Source of the DNA: a virus
Taxonomy: Duplodnaviria; Caudoviricetes
Strand: one strand, 5' to 3'
Length of the DNA: 61,861 bases
Virus record (IMG/VR): IMGVR_UViG_3300042472_000345
Location: 1 to 61,861 of that record
Shown here: positions 10,246 to 19,403 of the stretch, piece after piece
How the letters are laid out: each line of letters begins with the position of its first letter
How positions within the stretch are numbered: the stretch's first letter is position 1
Notes under the pieces: generated by a model
What the model was told of the DNA's origin: nothing
What the model saw: only the letters and a program-made list of their open reading frames with translations
Databases searched by the model: none
Translations under genes and position numbers: made by a program

Positions 10246-11217
10246 ATGGGCAAGTTAGGCAAAATCTCTACAATAAAAAGAGACTATTCAAATAGCGCAC
10301 AGTTGCAAACAATGCAAAGTGAACTATCACGAAAAGGTATGACACGTATTCCTGGAACAGGAGTATTTAAATATCCTTACAAAGAGTTAGATGGACAGTA
10401 TAGAACAGGATTAGATCCAAATGCTTCTTATATTAGAAGAATTGCTGATGAAACAGAACGTGAACTAGAAATAGAACGTGTTACAAAACTTCGTCAAAAA
10501 TTAGAAGCTGCATTAGGTGACATTGATCTTGGTCCTCGTTCTAAGTTTTGGAACTATGGATTATCAACATCTACAGATGATCAAACACATGTACAACCTG
10601 TGAAACTATTAGATGGTGATAACTATTATGATCTTATGGTTCCTTTTCAAGAATTAGCATTTTCATGGTTAAGAGTACATCCAACCATTGCAAGTTCTTA
10701 TCAATCTTGGGAAAGAGGAGAATATCCTGCAGAAACACAGTTTTATGTTGTTGATGATGAAATTGAAAATACAATTATATTCAAGAAAAAACAATTGATC
10801 AACAAAGCAATTGTGAAATTTGATTCTATGACTCCTGAGAAGAAACGTAAAGTTGCAAGACTTTTAGGACTTCCAGTTACAGAAGACACTAAAGAAGAAG
10901 TTGTTTACAACCAAGTAGATAACGTTCTTAAACAAGCAGAGTTTAAATCTGGTACATTCCAAGGATTAAATCCTGTAGAAGTGTTTAGTAGGTTTGCTGA
11001 CATGAAAGAAAACTTGTTACATATTAAAGATTTAGTTAAACAAGCAACATCACATTCTATCTACAGAGTGAAACCAAATGGTAGAGTTTATGAAGGAGAG
11101 TATGAAATTGCAGTTGATGAAGAGTCATTAATTAAATTCTTAATTGATGATGATAACCAAGATGATTTAATCACTCTTGAGCAGAAATTAAAAACTAAAA
11201 AACTAGCTTCTATTTAA
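10246..11217 (+). CDS. conserved crAss-like protein downstream of the major capsid gene
   Basis: 323-aa ORF; synteny with the crAss-like post-MCP gene block. Confidence 0.6.
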   Translation: MGKLGKISTIKRDYSNSAQLQTMQSELSRKGMTRIPGTGVFKYPYKELDGQYRTGLDPNASYIRRIADETERELEIERVTKLRQKLEAALGDIDLGPRSKFWNYGLSTSTDDQTHVQPVKLLDGDNYYDLMVPFQELAFSWLRVHPTIASSYQSWERGEYPAETQFYVVDDEIENTIIFKKKQLINKAIVKFDSMTPEKKRKVARLLGLPVTEDTKEEVVYNQVDNVLKQAEFKSGTFQGLNPVEVFSRFADMKENLLHIKDLVKQATSHSIYRVKPNGRVYEGEYEIAVDEESLIKFLIDDDNQDDLITLEQKLKTKKLASI

Positions 11218-11230
11218 GAGGTTAGTTTTT
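11197..11230 (+). terminator. probable intrinsic terminator
   Basis: AACTAGCTTCT/AGAGGTTAGTT stem spanning the stop codon, with A-run before and T-run after. Confidence 0.55.
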
Positions 11231-11243
11231 AAAAATATAAAAC

Positions 11244-11975
11244 ATGATACCAGTAGATAGTCTATTATACAAGATTGACCAAAGATTGAATAAGCTATCA
11301 ACTAATGAGCACCAACAGATTCAACTTGAAGATAAAATCTTAGCTCTGAATGAGGCTCAGATCAAGTTGATAAAGCAAAAGATTGACAACATTAGTACTG
11401 TGAGTCAAATGGGTTTAGACTCATTTAAAAAACGTTACGAAGATCTACAAAGTTTAGTGATGGATTATAATCATCAACCATTAGAGCTTGTAGAATCAGA
11501 TAAAGAAATACATCAGTGGAAAGCTAACATACATCAATTAGAACCACAATATATGTTCTATGTAGATTCATATGTGTTAGCTGATAAAGGAAGATGTAAA
11601 AACAGAAAGATCTGGATTAACAGAGATCTTGCAAAACATGGGGATCTTCAGTTTATTATGAACAACGATCATTACAAACCAAGTTTTGAATATCAAGAAA
11701 CATTTAATCTTTTATCCTCTGATGATATAAGTGTATTTACAGATGGGACGTTCACTCCTAATACTATAAATATAATGTACATGAGATATCCAGTTTACAT
11801 AAATAAAACAGGATTCATTATGTTTGATGGTCAACCATCATTTGATCAAGACTGTGAACTTGAAATGTATCTAGAAGATGAATTGTTAGATTTAACAGTT
11901 GAGAATCTAGCAATGTATACAGAGAATCAAAGTGCAGTTCAAAATGCACAATATAGAATACAAACAAACGAATAA
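11244..11975 (+). CDS. putative neck/tail ring protein
   Basis: 243 aa; LNEAQ near N-terminus and YMRYP...CELE near C-terminus resemble head-tail ring proteins; synteny. Confidence 0.55.
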   Translation: MIPVDSLLYKIDQRLNKLSTNEHQQIQLEDKILALNEAQIKLIKQKIDNISTVSQMGLDSFKKRYEDLQSLVMDYNHQPLELVESDKEIHQWKANIHQLEPQYMFYVDSYVLADKGRCKNRKIWINRDLAKHGDLQFIMNNDHYKPSFEYQETFNLLSSDDISVFTDGTFTPNTINIMYMRYPVYINKTGFIMFDGQPSFDQDCELEMYLEDELLDLTVENLAMYTENQSAVQNAQYRIQTNE

Positions 11976-12000
11976 ATTTTTAACTTAATAAATAAATAAA

Positions 12001-13164
12001 ATGGCAGATTTTTCTTTAACTACTGTCTTTGTAGTACCAGGTTTTCAGAGCTCATTGCCTGTAAATGGTAGCCCTACACAAGACTTAGCAGCTGGTGAAG
12101 TAGGTATTTTTGGTAGCAACTATGAAGCTACTGCAACCCCTAGTTCTTTTAAGTATTTTTACATTGCCCAAGGTAGAACAAACACGTATTTGCAAGGAAC
12201 AAAACGTTCTGATAAAATTGCAGGATGTGGTGGTGGATTTGGTGGATGTAACTCAAATGTAACTGAATGGTACAAAGTGACTGGATGTCCTACTCCTATT
12301 AACCAAATCACTGATGTTGATCAATGGAATGTAAAATGTGGTGACGTTGTAACTTTAACATTACGTGCTCACTCTTCTTACATTGACACATTGTACTTCA
12401 ATGGTTTCACTCGTTCAGTAACTGTACAAGCACCTTGTTGTGATTGTGGTGGTGATCCTTGTGACACTGTTGATGTTGATGCTTTGATTGATCAATTCAT
12501 TGTAAAATTAGAAGCACAAGCTCCTGGTATCAACCCTGATAACATTAGCTTCAACACATTCTTTACATTTGCAAATGTAGGTGGTACAATTTTACGTATT
12601 ACAGGAAAACCATTAACTAAATATGGTCAACCATGTGACGTTGCTGCGTTCCCATTTGAATATGACAGAATGTATTTCAGAACTTTTGTATACAATGGTC
12701 CTGCAACTACAGCTGACTTTATCGTAGCTGATAATTGTAACATTGTTGCTGAAGCTGTTGTTACACAAACATCTAACTATGCTAGAGGTACATCTGCAGA
12801 AATTGCTCAATTAGAGAAAAACTTCTACAGCTACCAAGCAGGTTACTTGAAACACTTATACAGAATGGCTGGTTACAATGGTAACTTTGAGTCTTGGGTT
12901 GTTGATGGTACAACTTATGATACTTTCTACATCAAATTTAATGAGCTAGACAAGTCTGCTTATCAATGGGGTGATTATATTCATGAAGATTCAATGGTGA
13001 TCCTTGCAGTTGCAACTGGTTCAGGTATTGGTAGCGATATTCAAGATGCGTTAGAAGATGCTCTTGGTGAAGCATACGATGATTCAGGAGTATGTCTTAC
13101 TACAACATCTACTACTACAGCAACACCACCAACAACAACGACTACTACTACTACTGCTCCATAA
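12001..13164 (+). CDS. abundant structural protein, possibly auxiliary capsid protein, with C-terminal poly-Thr tail
   Basis: MCP-like codon usage, Cys clusters (CCDCGGDPC), ends TTTSTTTATPPTTTTTTTTAP; followed by a terminator. Confidence 0.55.
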   Translation: MADFSLTTVFVVPGFQSSLPVNGSPTQDLAAGEVGIFGSNYEATATPSSFKYFYIAQGRTNTYLQGTKRSDKIAGCGGGFGGCNSNVTEWYKVTGCPTPINQITDVDQWNVKCGDVVTLTLRAHSSYIDTLYFNGFTRSVTVQAPCCDCGGDPCDTVDVDALIDQFIVKLEAQAPGINPDNISFNTFFTFANVGGTILRITGKPLTKYGQPCDVAAFPFEYDRMYFRTFVYNGPATTADFIVADNCNIVAEAVVTQTSNYARGTSAEIAQLEKNFYSYQAGYLKHLYRMAGYNGNFESWVVDGTTYDTFYIKFNELDKSAYQWGDYIHEDSMVILAVATGSGIGSDIQDALEDALGEAYDDSGVCLTTTSTTTATPPTTTTTTTTAP

Positions 13165-13192
13165 GTATAATAGTAAGAACTAATAACTAATT

Positions 13193-13234
13193 AAAAAGGG
13201 GAAGGAAGGTTTTAACTTTCTCTTCCCTTTTTTT
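13193..13234 (+). terminator. intrinsic terminator, potentially bidirectional
   Basis: AAAAAGGGGAAGGAAGGTT-TT-AACTTTCTCTTCCCTTTTTTT. Confidence 0.75.
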
Positions 13235-13250
13235 ATTAAAATTAAAAATT

Positions 13251-13814
13251 ATGCCAACATTAAAGTTAGATTTCTTAGTAGTTCCTACATATAACACATT
13301 AACTCTTGGGGTGATAGATGCGTCTACATATCCTACAGATCCTCCTGTTGTCACATCTCCAACAATTGAAATAAATATTCCTGGATTTGATACTGCAATT
13401 CTTGCGTTTGATGTAAATAATTTTAATATCTTTACATCATCAAGTTTAGGCATTACTGCATCAGGTGTAAACCAACCTCTTCCTGATGGAGTTTATCATT
13501 TAAAATACTCTGTAGCTCCAGCATATGAAAACTTTGTAGAGAAAACAATTATTCGTGTTGATAGATTACAAGAAAGATTTGATGAAGCATTCATGAAACT
13601 TGAAATGATGGAATGTGATAGAGCAATTAGAACACAATCAAAAGTGGAATTAAGCTCAATATATTTCTTCATACAAGGAGCAATTGCAGCAGCAAACAAC
13701 TGTGCAATTGTCGAATCAAACAAACTATATAATCAGGCATCCATTATGTTAAATAATTTTAACAAAAACAATTGTGGTTGTTCTGGAAATAATTATGCAA
13801 TAAACTTTTATTAA
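13251..13814 (+). CDS. virion structural protein, possible tail hub
   Basis: 187 aa, beta-rich N-terminal half (LPDGVY) and helical Cys-containing C-terminus; synteny. Confidence 0.5.
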   Translation: MPTLKLDFLVVPTYNTLTLGVIDASTYPTDPPVVTSPTIEINIPGFDTAILAFDVNNFNIFTSSSLGITASGVNQPLPDGVYHLKYSVAPAYENFVEKTIIRVDRLQERFDEAFMKLEMMECDRAIRTQSKVELSSIYFFIQGAIAAANNCAIVESNKLYNQASIMLNNFNKNNCGCSGNNYAINFY

Positions 13815-13815
13815 T

Positions 13816-13926
13816 ATGGCTGCTTGTGGAAATTGTGGGGCTAGTGTGGGCTGTGGATGCCAACTAAAGAATGGGTTATGTGGAAAATGTCAAAGTGCTC
13901 CTCCTAAACCCCAACCTAAAAAATAA
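13816..13926 (+). CDS. 36-aa Cys-rich microprotein not in the ORF track
   Basis: MAACGNCGASVGCGCQLKNGLCGKCQSAPPKPQPKK; fills the gap between two genes almost exactly. Confidence 0.7.
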   Translation: MAACGNCGASVGCGCQLKNGLCGKCQSAPPKPQPKK

Positions 13927-13931
13927 TAATT

Positions 13932-14198
13932 ATGTTATCACCTAGACTAACCAATTGTCCAGAGTGTGCAAACATTCCTTCTCTGATTGCAGAGATTGAT
14001 TGTAAAATTGCAGATATGGCTAATAGCTTATACAACAATGTTGTATTCATGCTTAACCAATCTTTTGCAGGAAGTGTTATGTTTGATCTTTTAAACTATA
14101 AAAGAATCCTTACATACAAATATCATAATCCAAGTTATGCTAGTCAGTATTCTGTGAATATGATTGCTAGTAAAATTAAACTTTTAAAATTCAAATAA
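13932..14198 (+). CDS. small virion-associated protein
   Basis: 88-aa ORF with CPEC, tight operon packing. Confidence 0.6.
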   Translation: MLSPRLTNCPECANIPSLIAEIDCKIADMANSLYNNVVFMLNQSFAGSVMFDLLNYKRILTYKYHNPSYASQYSVNMIASKIKLLKFK

Positions 14199-14199
14199 G

Positions 14200-15339
14200 A
14201 TGTCTTGTACAAATTGCTTTAATGGGTGTACTGAAACTAATTCAGATCAATGTATTAGATACACAGGAGAAGATGTTCCTGCATTAGGCATTAGTCATGG
14301 TGATAGTCTTTTGGCTGTAGAGAATGCAATTACAACATTTCTTGTTCCTGTATTAACAGGAGAAGGAATTAAACCTATAGTTGATGAGAGCATTATTTGT
14401 AATGTAGTTAAACAGTTTCTTCCAACATGTACACAGTGTACAGGATTCACATTAAATGAAGTCTTAACAGCAATTATTAAAGCAGCATGTTTATTACAAG
14501 AACAAATAGATGATCTTGTTGCAGAATTTGAAGCTTTAAATGCTGATTATAATATAGATTGTCTTGATAGTGTAACAGCATCGTCTGGTACACATGACAT
14601 ACTTCAAGCTGCAATTGATAAAATTTGTGAGCTAGAAGTTAACCTTGGAGCATTAGCTCTTGATCTTGCTACAAACTATTATACTAAAGCACAGGTTGAT
14701 GCAGTTGTCGCAAATTACGTCCCACCTGGTTCAAATTTAGTTAAGAATAAAATGATTCCCTATGTAGCTGTTCCATTTTTTGCTACAGACTTATCAATGT
14801 TTGATCCTACAGGCGCAGGCATAGGTGATTGGATTGATATTTATTTATGTGTTGGATCTAGTAGTAATTCACAAGTACCAGATATACGAGGAAGAGTTCT
14901 TGTTGGAGTTACAACAAATGTTCCAGGAGGACCAATGGATCCAGATGTTGTTCCTAATATGGGAACAGGTGGATTTAATCCTGCGTATACAATAAATACT
15001 ATATATGGAAGTAACAGTATAACACTTGGTGTTACACAAATGCCTACGCATACACATATTATAGATGTAATAAATCCTCCACATAGTCATTTTGTAGCTG
15101 CAGTACAAGGAGGAACATTATCATATCCTGCAAATCCTATCAATCCTATAACATCATATGTAGATTATTCTGATACAGGTAGTTATAGATTTTCATCATC
15201 TTCTCTTCCAGCAACAGTAGGACCAACATCAGCTACTACCACTGCAGTAACTGCAACTGCTCAGAATACAGGAAATGGGCTTCCTCATTCAAATATACAA
15301 CCTGTAATTGCTTGTAATTATATAATATATATACCTTAA
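14200..15339 (+). CDS. tail fibre protein with collar-like domain (paralog 1)
   Basis: Cys-rich N-terminus, coiled coil, PDIRGRVLVG...QMPTHTH...PHSNIQP..CNYIIY collar/short-fibre pattern. Confidence 0.7.
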   Translation: MSCTNCFNGCTETNSDQCIRYTGEDVPALGISHGDSLLAVENAITTFLVPVLTGEGIKPIVDESIICNVVKQFLPTCTQCTGFTLNEVLTAIIKAACLLQEQIDDLVAEFEALNADYNIDCLDSVTASSGTHDILQAAIDKICELEVNLGALALDLATNYYTKAQVDAVVANYVPPGSNLVKNKMIPYVAVPFFATDLSMFDPTGAGIGDWIDIYLCVGSSSNSQVPDIRGRVLVGVTTNVPGGPMDPDVVPNMGTGGFNPAYTINTIYGSNSITLGVTQMPTHTHIIDVINPPHSHFVAAVQGGTLSYPANPINPITSYVDYSDTGSYRFSSSSLPATVGPTSATTTAVTATAQNTGNGLPHSNIQPVIACNYIIYIP

Positions 15340-15349
15340 TTTTATTAAT

Positions 15350-16456
15350 ATGTCTTGCACAAATTGTTATAATGGTTGCGCTGAGATTGTTTCTGATCAA
15401 TGCGTTAGATATACAGGGGTCGATGTACCTCTATTAGGTATTCACAATGGTGACACTCTTCTCACTGTTGAGAATGCAATCATTTCATTTGTTACACCTT
15501 TTCTTGATGGATCAGGTATAAAACCTATTATTGATCCAGATATAATATGTGATGTAGTTAGACAGTATATTCCTACGTGTGTAGAATGTAATGGATTTAA
15601 CTTGAATGATGTATTGTCAGCAATTATAAAAGCTACATGTAATCTTCAAGAACAAATAGACGCTATTGTAGCAGAGCTTGCAGTATTAAATGCACCTTAT
15701 GATAGTGACTGTTTAGTACTTTCTCCAAATGCAGATACACATACTATTGTACAAGCTGTAATAAATAAACTTTGTGAAGTAGAAGCTGACCTTGCTATAT
15801 TAGCATTAGATGTTTCTACAAATTATATTAGAATTGATCAAATCAATAACTACATTGCTGCATACATTAATAGTAGTACAAGCGATTTAGTAAATGCTAA
15901 AATGATTCCATTTGTAGCATTAGAGTTCTATGGTGATTTAATTGGTAAGTTCGATGCTACTGGTGCAGGTATTGGAGCATGGAAAGATATTAATTTATGT
16001 AATGGAAACAATAACACTCCTGATAAACGAGGTAGAGTTGCTGTTTGTGCAATAACAGATATGGGTGGTGGTCAATTGGATCCAGAAGTAGATCCTGCAG
16101 TAAATCCATCATTTAATCCTAATTATGTAATAAATGATAATAGTCATGGTGTTAATTTTATAACACTTAATGAATTTCAATTACCTAGTCATGCACATAA
16201 TAATACTGTTTTTACAGCATTGGAACAAACACCACATACACATGGTTTGACAGGAGGTGTAGTTATGTTTGGTGGACCTTATGGATTAAATTATGCTAGT
16301 GACTTTGCTTTCTTTGCAAAATATGATACAGATCCACAACTTGCTAATATAACAGTAAATACTACAATAAATAATGCTTACACAGGTGGTAATCTACCTC
16401 ATTCAAATATCCAACCAGTTTACCCTTGTTATTATATAATGTATATACCAACTTAA
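15350..16456 (+). CDS. tail fibre protein with collar-like domain (paralog 2)
   Basis: End-to-end similarity with the preceding ORF (MSCTNC..GC..., PDKRGRV, LPSHAH, PHSNIQP). Confidence 0.7.
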   Translation: MSCTNCYNGCAEIVSDQCVRYTGVDVPLLGIHNGDTLLTVENAIISFVTPFLDGSGIKPIIDPDIICDVVRQYIPTCVECNGFNLNDVLSAIIKATCNLQEQIDAIVAELAVLNAPYDSDCLVLSPNADTHTIVQAVINKLCEVEADLAILALDVSTNYIRIDQINNYIAAYINSSTSDLVNAKMIPFVALEFYGDLIGKFDATGAGIGAWKDINLCNGNNNTPDKRGRVAVCAITDMGGGQLDPEVDPAVNPSFNPNYVINDNSHGVNFITLNEFQLPSHAHNNTVFTALEQTPHTHGLTGGVVMFGGPYGLNYASDFAFFAKYDTDPQLANITVNTTINNAYTGGNLPHSNIQPVYPCYYIMYIPT

Positions 16457-16458
16457 TT

Positions 16459-18408
16459 ATGTGGCCATATTTACCTCAAAACCCATGTGGGTGTGACTCT
16501 TGTGAGAGTTCTAATGAATCAACAACAAACGTTGGATCAGATAACGTAAGATATATTGGAGAACCTTTAGCTTGTACAGGGATTGAACCTTGTGACACGC
16601 TCACTGTTGCTCTCCAGAAAATTGATAATGCAGTTTGTAATATATTTGATATACTAGATGTATGTTGTACAAATATTACAACTACCACTACTACAAGTTC
16701 TACAACAATTTGTCCTTGTACTACATATGGATATGTTGGACCAAGATTCGATCCTGGTACAATTACATATGTAGAATGTAATACATTAGAGCCAATTACA
16801 GACACTGCATCTAGCACTGTACAATTTGCTTGTATTGATAATAACTATCCAATCATAGAAATTGGTTCAATTAATGTTATAGATACACAAGATTGTTGTT
16901 CAAACATTACAACTACCACTACAACTGCTGTTCCAGTAAATCCATTTTGTTATGAAGTTACAGCTGTAAATAGATGTACTGTTTATTGGACTGATGCAAA
17001 TGGTGATCCTCAATCACAAAACCTTACAAATGCTACAATAAACATTTGTGCTGACGAAGATTCTATTGCAAGTTCTTGTGGTGGAGGTGGAGGTATTTCT
17101 ATAACTGGAGGAACTGTTGCTTGTACAAATGATGCAATGTGTCAACCTACAACTACAACCACTACAACAATAGCTTGTAATTGTATTACATTTAATAATA
17201 CAAGCAGTAGTGCAATAGATATTCTTATTGGATATAATGATTGTATTGGAGAGTTTGTTGAAGATTTTATTTCTGCAAATGATGTATTACAATTTTGTGG
17301 AAGTGGTGGTATAGCAGCTAGTGAATTAGTAATAGTAACAACTGGAGGAGCTTGTATTGCTGAAGTGTGTCCTACAACCACTACCACTACAACAGCTACT
17401 CCATTAGCATGTGTATCTTATTTATTACAAAGTACAGGTGCTGGTGGAGCAAGTAATGAATGGGAAGCATTTGCTTGTAATTCAAACATTGCAGTGAGTG
17501 GAACAATTCCTTTCCCTGGAACAATGGAAACTGGATGTATTACAGAAGGTTCATTATTACTTGGTGCTAATTTAGAAGTTGTTTCTGATGCACCTTGTGA
17601 AGAAGTTAGTTGTGAAGCATTTGAAATACAAGGACTTTCTCCTGTAGGATCTTGGGATGCAATTGATTGTTCTGGAAATAGAGTTGGTGAAGTTGCTCCT
17701 AGTGGTGTCACTGTTCCTACAGGATGTATTATTCCTAATACATTAGTTTTAGATAATGCATATATAAAAAATTATCTTGGACCATGTGGTTCAACTACTA
17801 CCACCACTACATTAGTTCCACCTACCACTACGACAACGACAACTCCTGTTCCTACAAGTTTTAGATATTTTTTCTCTAACGCTGCAATCTCAGGAACATT
17901 AGCATGTGCTCAAATAACGTTCCCAATAGTTTTATATTCAGACGATGCAACTCTTAATTTAGGATCTTTCTTGTACACAGACATGGCATTGACCACTCCT
18001 TTCATAGGAGCTGCAAGATGGTATCAAGAATCTACAAGTGGTATATCTTTTGCTATTCTTAATAGTGGTGAAATTGCTGGTGAATTTAATTGTGCGCCTA
18101 CAACCACAACTACAAGTACAACATTGTTTCCACCAACTACAACAACCACTACAACTGTTGTAAATTTTAGTCATGGACTTTCTGCAGGAGAAACAAACAA
18201 TATATTAGCTTGTCTTGAAACAGTTGCAGCAATAACAGTGTATACAAGTGTTCCTACAATAGTTTTTGGGACTGTTGTATACACTGATCCAACACTAACT
18301 ACTACATTTAATGGAGGAGGAGTATCAGTGTATTATAAAAATTTCTCAGTAGGCAATTGTATTAGAATTAATGGTTCTGGACAAGTTTTCACTACTTTCT
18401 CTTGTTAA
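16459..18408 (+). CDS. multi-domain Cys-rich fibre/decoration protein with poly-Thr linkers
   Basis: ORF 16426..18408, likely ATG 16459; N-terminal anchor similar to neighbouring fibres, then small Cys-bounded domains separated by Thr runs. Confidence 0.7.
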   Translation: MWPYLPQNPCGCDSCESSNESTTNVGSDNVRYIGEPLACTGIEPCDTLTVALQKIDNAVCNIFDILDVCCTNITTTTTTSSTTICPCTTYGYVGPRFDPGTITYVECNTLEPITDTASSTVQFACIDNNYPIIEIGSINVIDTQDCCSNITTTTTTAVPVNPFCYEVTAVNRCTVYWTDANGDPQSQNLTNATINICADEDSIASSCGGGGGISITGGTVACTNDAMCQPTTTTTTTIACNCITFNNTSSSAIDILIGYNDCIGEFVEDFISANDVLQFCGSGGIAASELVIVTTGGACIAEVCPTTTTTTTATPLACVSYLLQSTGAGGASNEWEAFACNSNIAVSGTIPFPGTMETGCITEGSLLLGANLEVVSDAPCEEVSCEAFEIQGLSPVGSWDAIDCSGNRVGEVAPSGVTVPTGCIIPNTLVLDNAYIKNYLGPCGSTTTTTTLVPPTTTTTTTPVPTSFRYFFSNAAISGTLACAQITFPIVLYSDDATLNLGSFLYTDMALTTPFIGAARWYQESTSGISFAILNSGEIAGEFNCAPTTTTTSTTLFPPTTTTTTTVVNFSHGLSAGETNNILACLETVAAITVYTSVPTIVFGTVVYTDPTLTTTFNGGGVSVYYKNFSVGNCIRINGSGQVFTTFSC

Positions 18409-18426
18409 TATTTTAAAGCTAAACTT

Positions 18427-19386
18427 ATGAGTATTCTTAATTGTATAGACACTGGTTCTTGTTCAACACAAATTACTAAATCTGATTTAGTAACATATAT
18501 TGGACTAGATCTATTGTGTACAAATATCCAAACATCAGAAGATCTCACTGAAGCTCTTGTAAAAATAGAAGAACGTATTTGTAGTATAACAGACAGTTTA
18601 AATGTCTGTTGTCCTACAACTACTACAACTAGTAGTTCTACTACAACTACTACAACTACTGAATGTCCTTGTCCAACAACAACGACTACTACTACAGCAA
18701 CACCAACAACAACTACTACTACTAGTTCTACTTCAACTAGCACAACTAGTACAACTAGCACAACTAGTACATCAACTACTACAAGTACAAGTACAAGTAC
18801 CACTACAACAACTACTACTACAGAATTACCAACAGTATTGATTTGTGAACAACGTTGGACAACTAGAAATTTGGATGTAACTACATATAGAAATGGTGAT
18901 CCTATTCCAGAAGTAAGTGATCCTGTTGCATGGGCTGCACTTACTACAGGTGCTTGGTGCTATTACAACAATGACCCTGCTAATGAAGCTATTTATGGAA
19001 AATTATATAACTGGTATGCTGTAACAGATCCAAGAGGATTACCTCCTATAGGATATCATATACCAACTGAAGCTGAATTTGATCAATTAGAAACTTGTTT
19101 AGGTGCTACTGCTGGAGGAAAATTGAAAGAAATTGGAATATCTCATTGGGCTAGTCCTAATGTAGGAGCAATTAATAGTACTGGTTTTACTGGTCTCCCA
19201 GGTGGGGAACGTTTTCCAGATGGAACATTTCTTGGACTTACACTTCGTGCATTCTTTTGGACAAGTACAGTGTTCTTTCCACCATATATTTATTATCATT
19301 CATTAAACTATAATAGTAGTGCTCTTGCATATGGAAGTGATGGAACTGTAAAATATGGAATGTCTGTTCGATTAGTAAAAGATTAA
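18427..19386 (+). CDS. fibre protein with long Thr/Ser stalk and C-terminal Fib_succ_major (FISUMP)-like domain
   Basis: WTTRNLDVTTYRNGDPIP...WCYYNND...YGKLYNWYAV...HIPT...FWTST...GMSVRLVKD pattern of the Fibrobacter succinogenes major paralogous domain. Confidence 0.75.
   Translation: MSILNCIDTGSCSTQITKSDLVTYIGLDLLCTNIQTSEDLTEALVKIEERICSITDSLNVCCPTTTTTSSSTTTTTTTECPCPTTTTTTTATPTTTTTTSSTSTSTTSTTSTTSTSTTTSTSTSTTTTTTTTELPTVLICEQRWTTRNLDVTTYRNGDPIPEVSDPVAWAALTTGAWCYYNNDPANEAIYGKLYNWYAVTDPRGLPPIGYHIPTEAEFDQLETCLGATAGGKLKEIGISHWASPNVGAINSTGFTGLPGGERFPDGTFLGLTLRAFFWTSTVFFPPYIYYHSLNYNSSALAYGSDGTVKYGMSVRLVKD
18616..18822 (+). repeat. (ACH)n low-complexity tract encoding a Thr/Ser stalk
   Basis: Long ACA/ACT/AGT-rich imperfect triplet repeat; the longest of many such tracts. 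Confidence 0.9.
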
Positions 19387-19403
19387 TTTAAACCAATAAT
19401 AAA

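Noticed and set aside
18405-18841. Val-rich minus-strand ORF and Leu/Gln-rich alternate-frame ORF
   Set aside because: Shadow frames of the (ACH)n Thr-coding repeat; the same applies to 16476-16817 and 17142-17387
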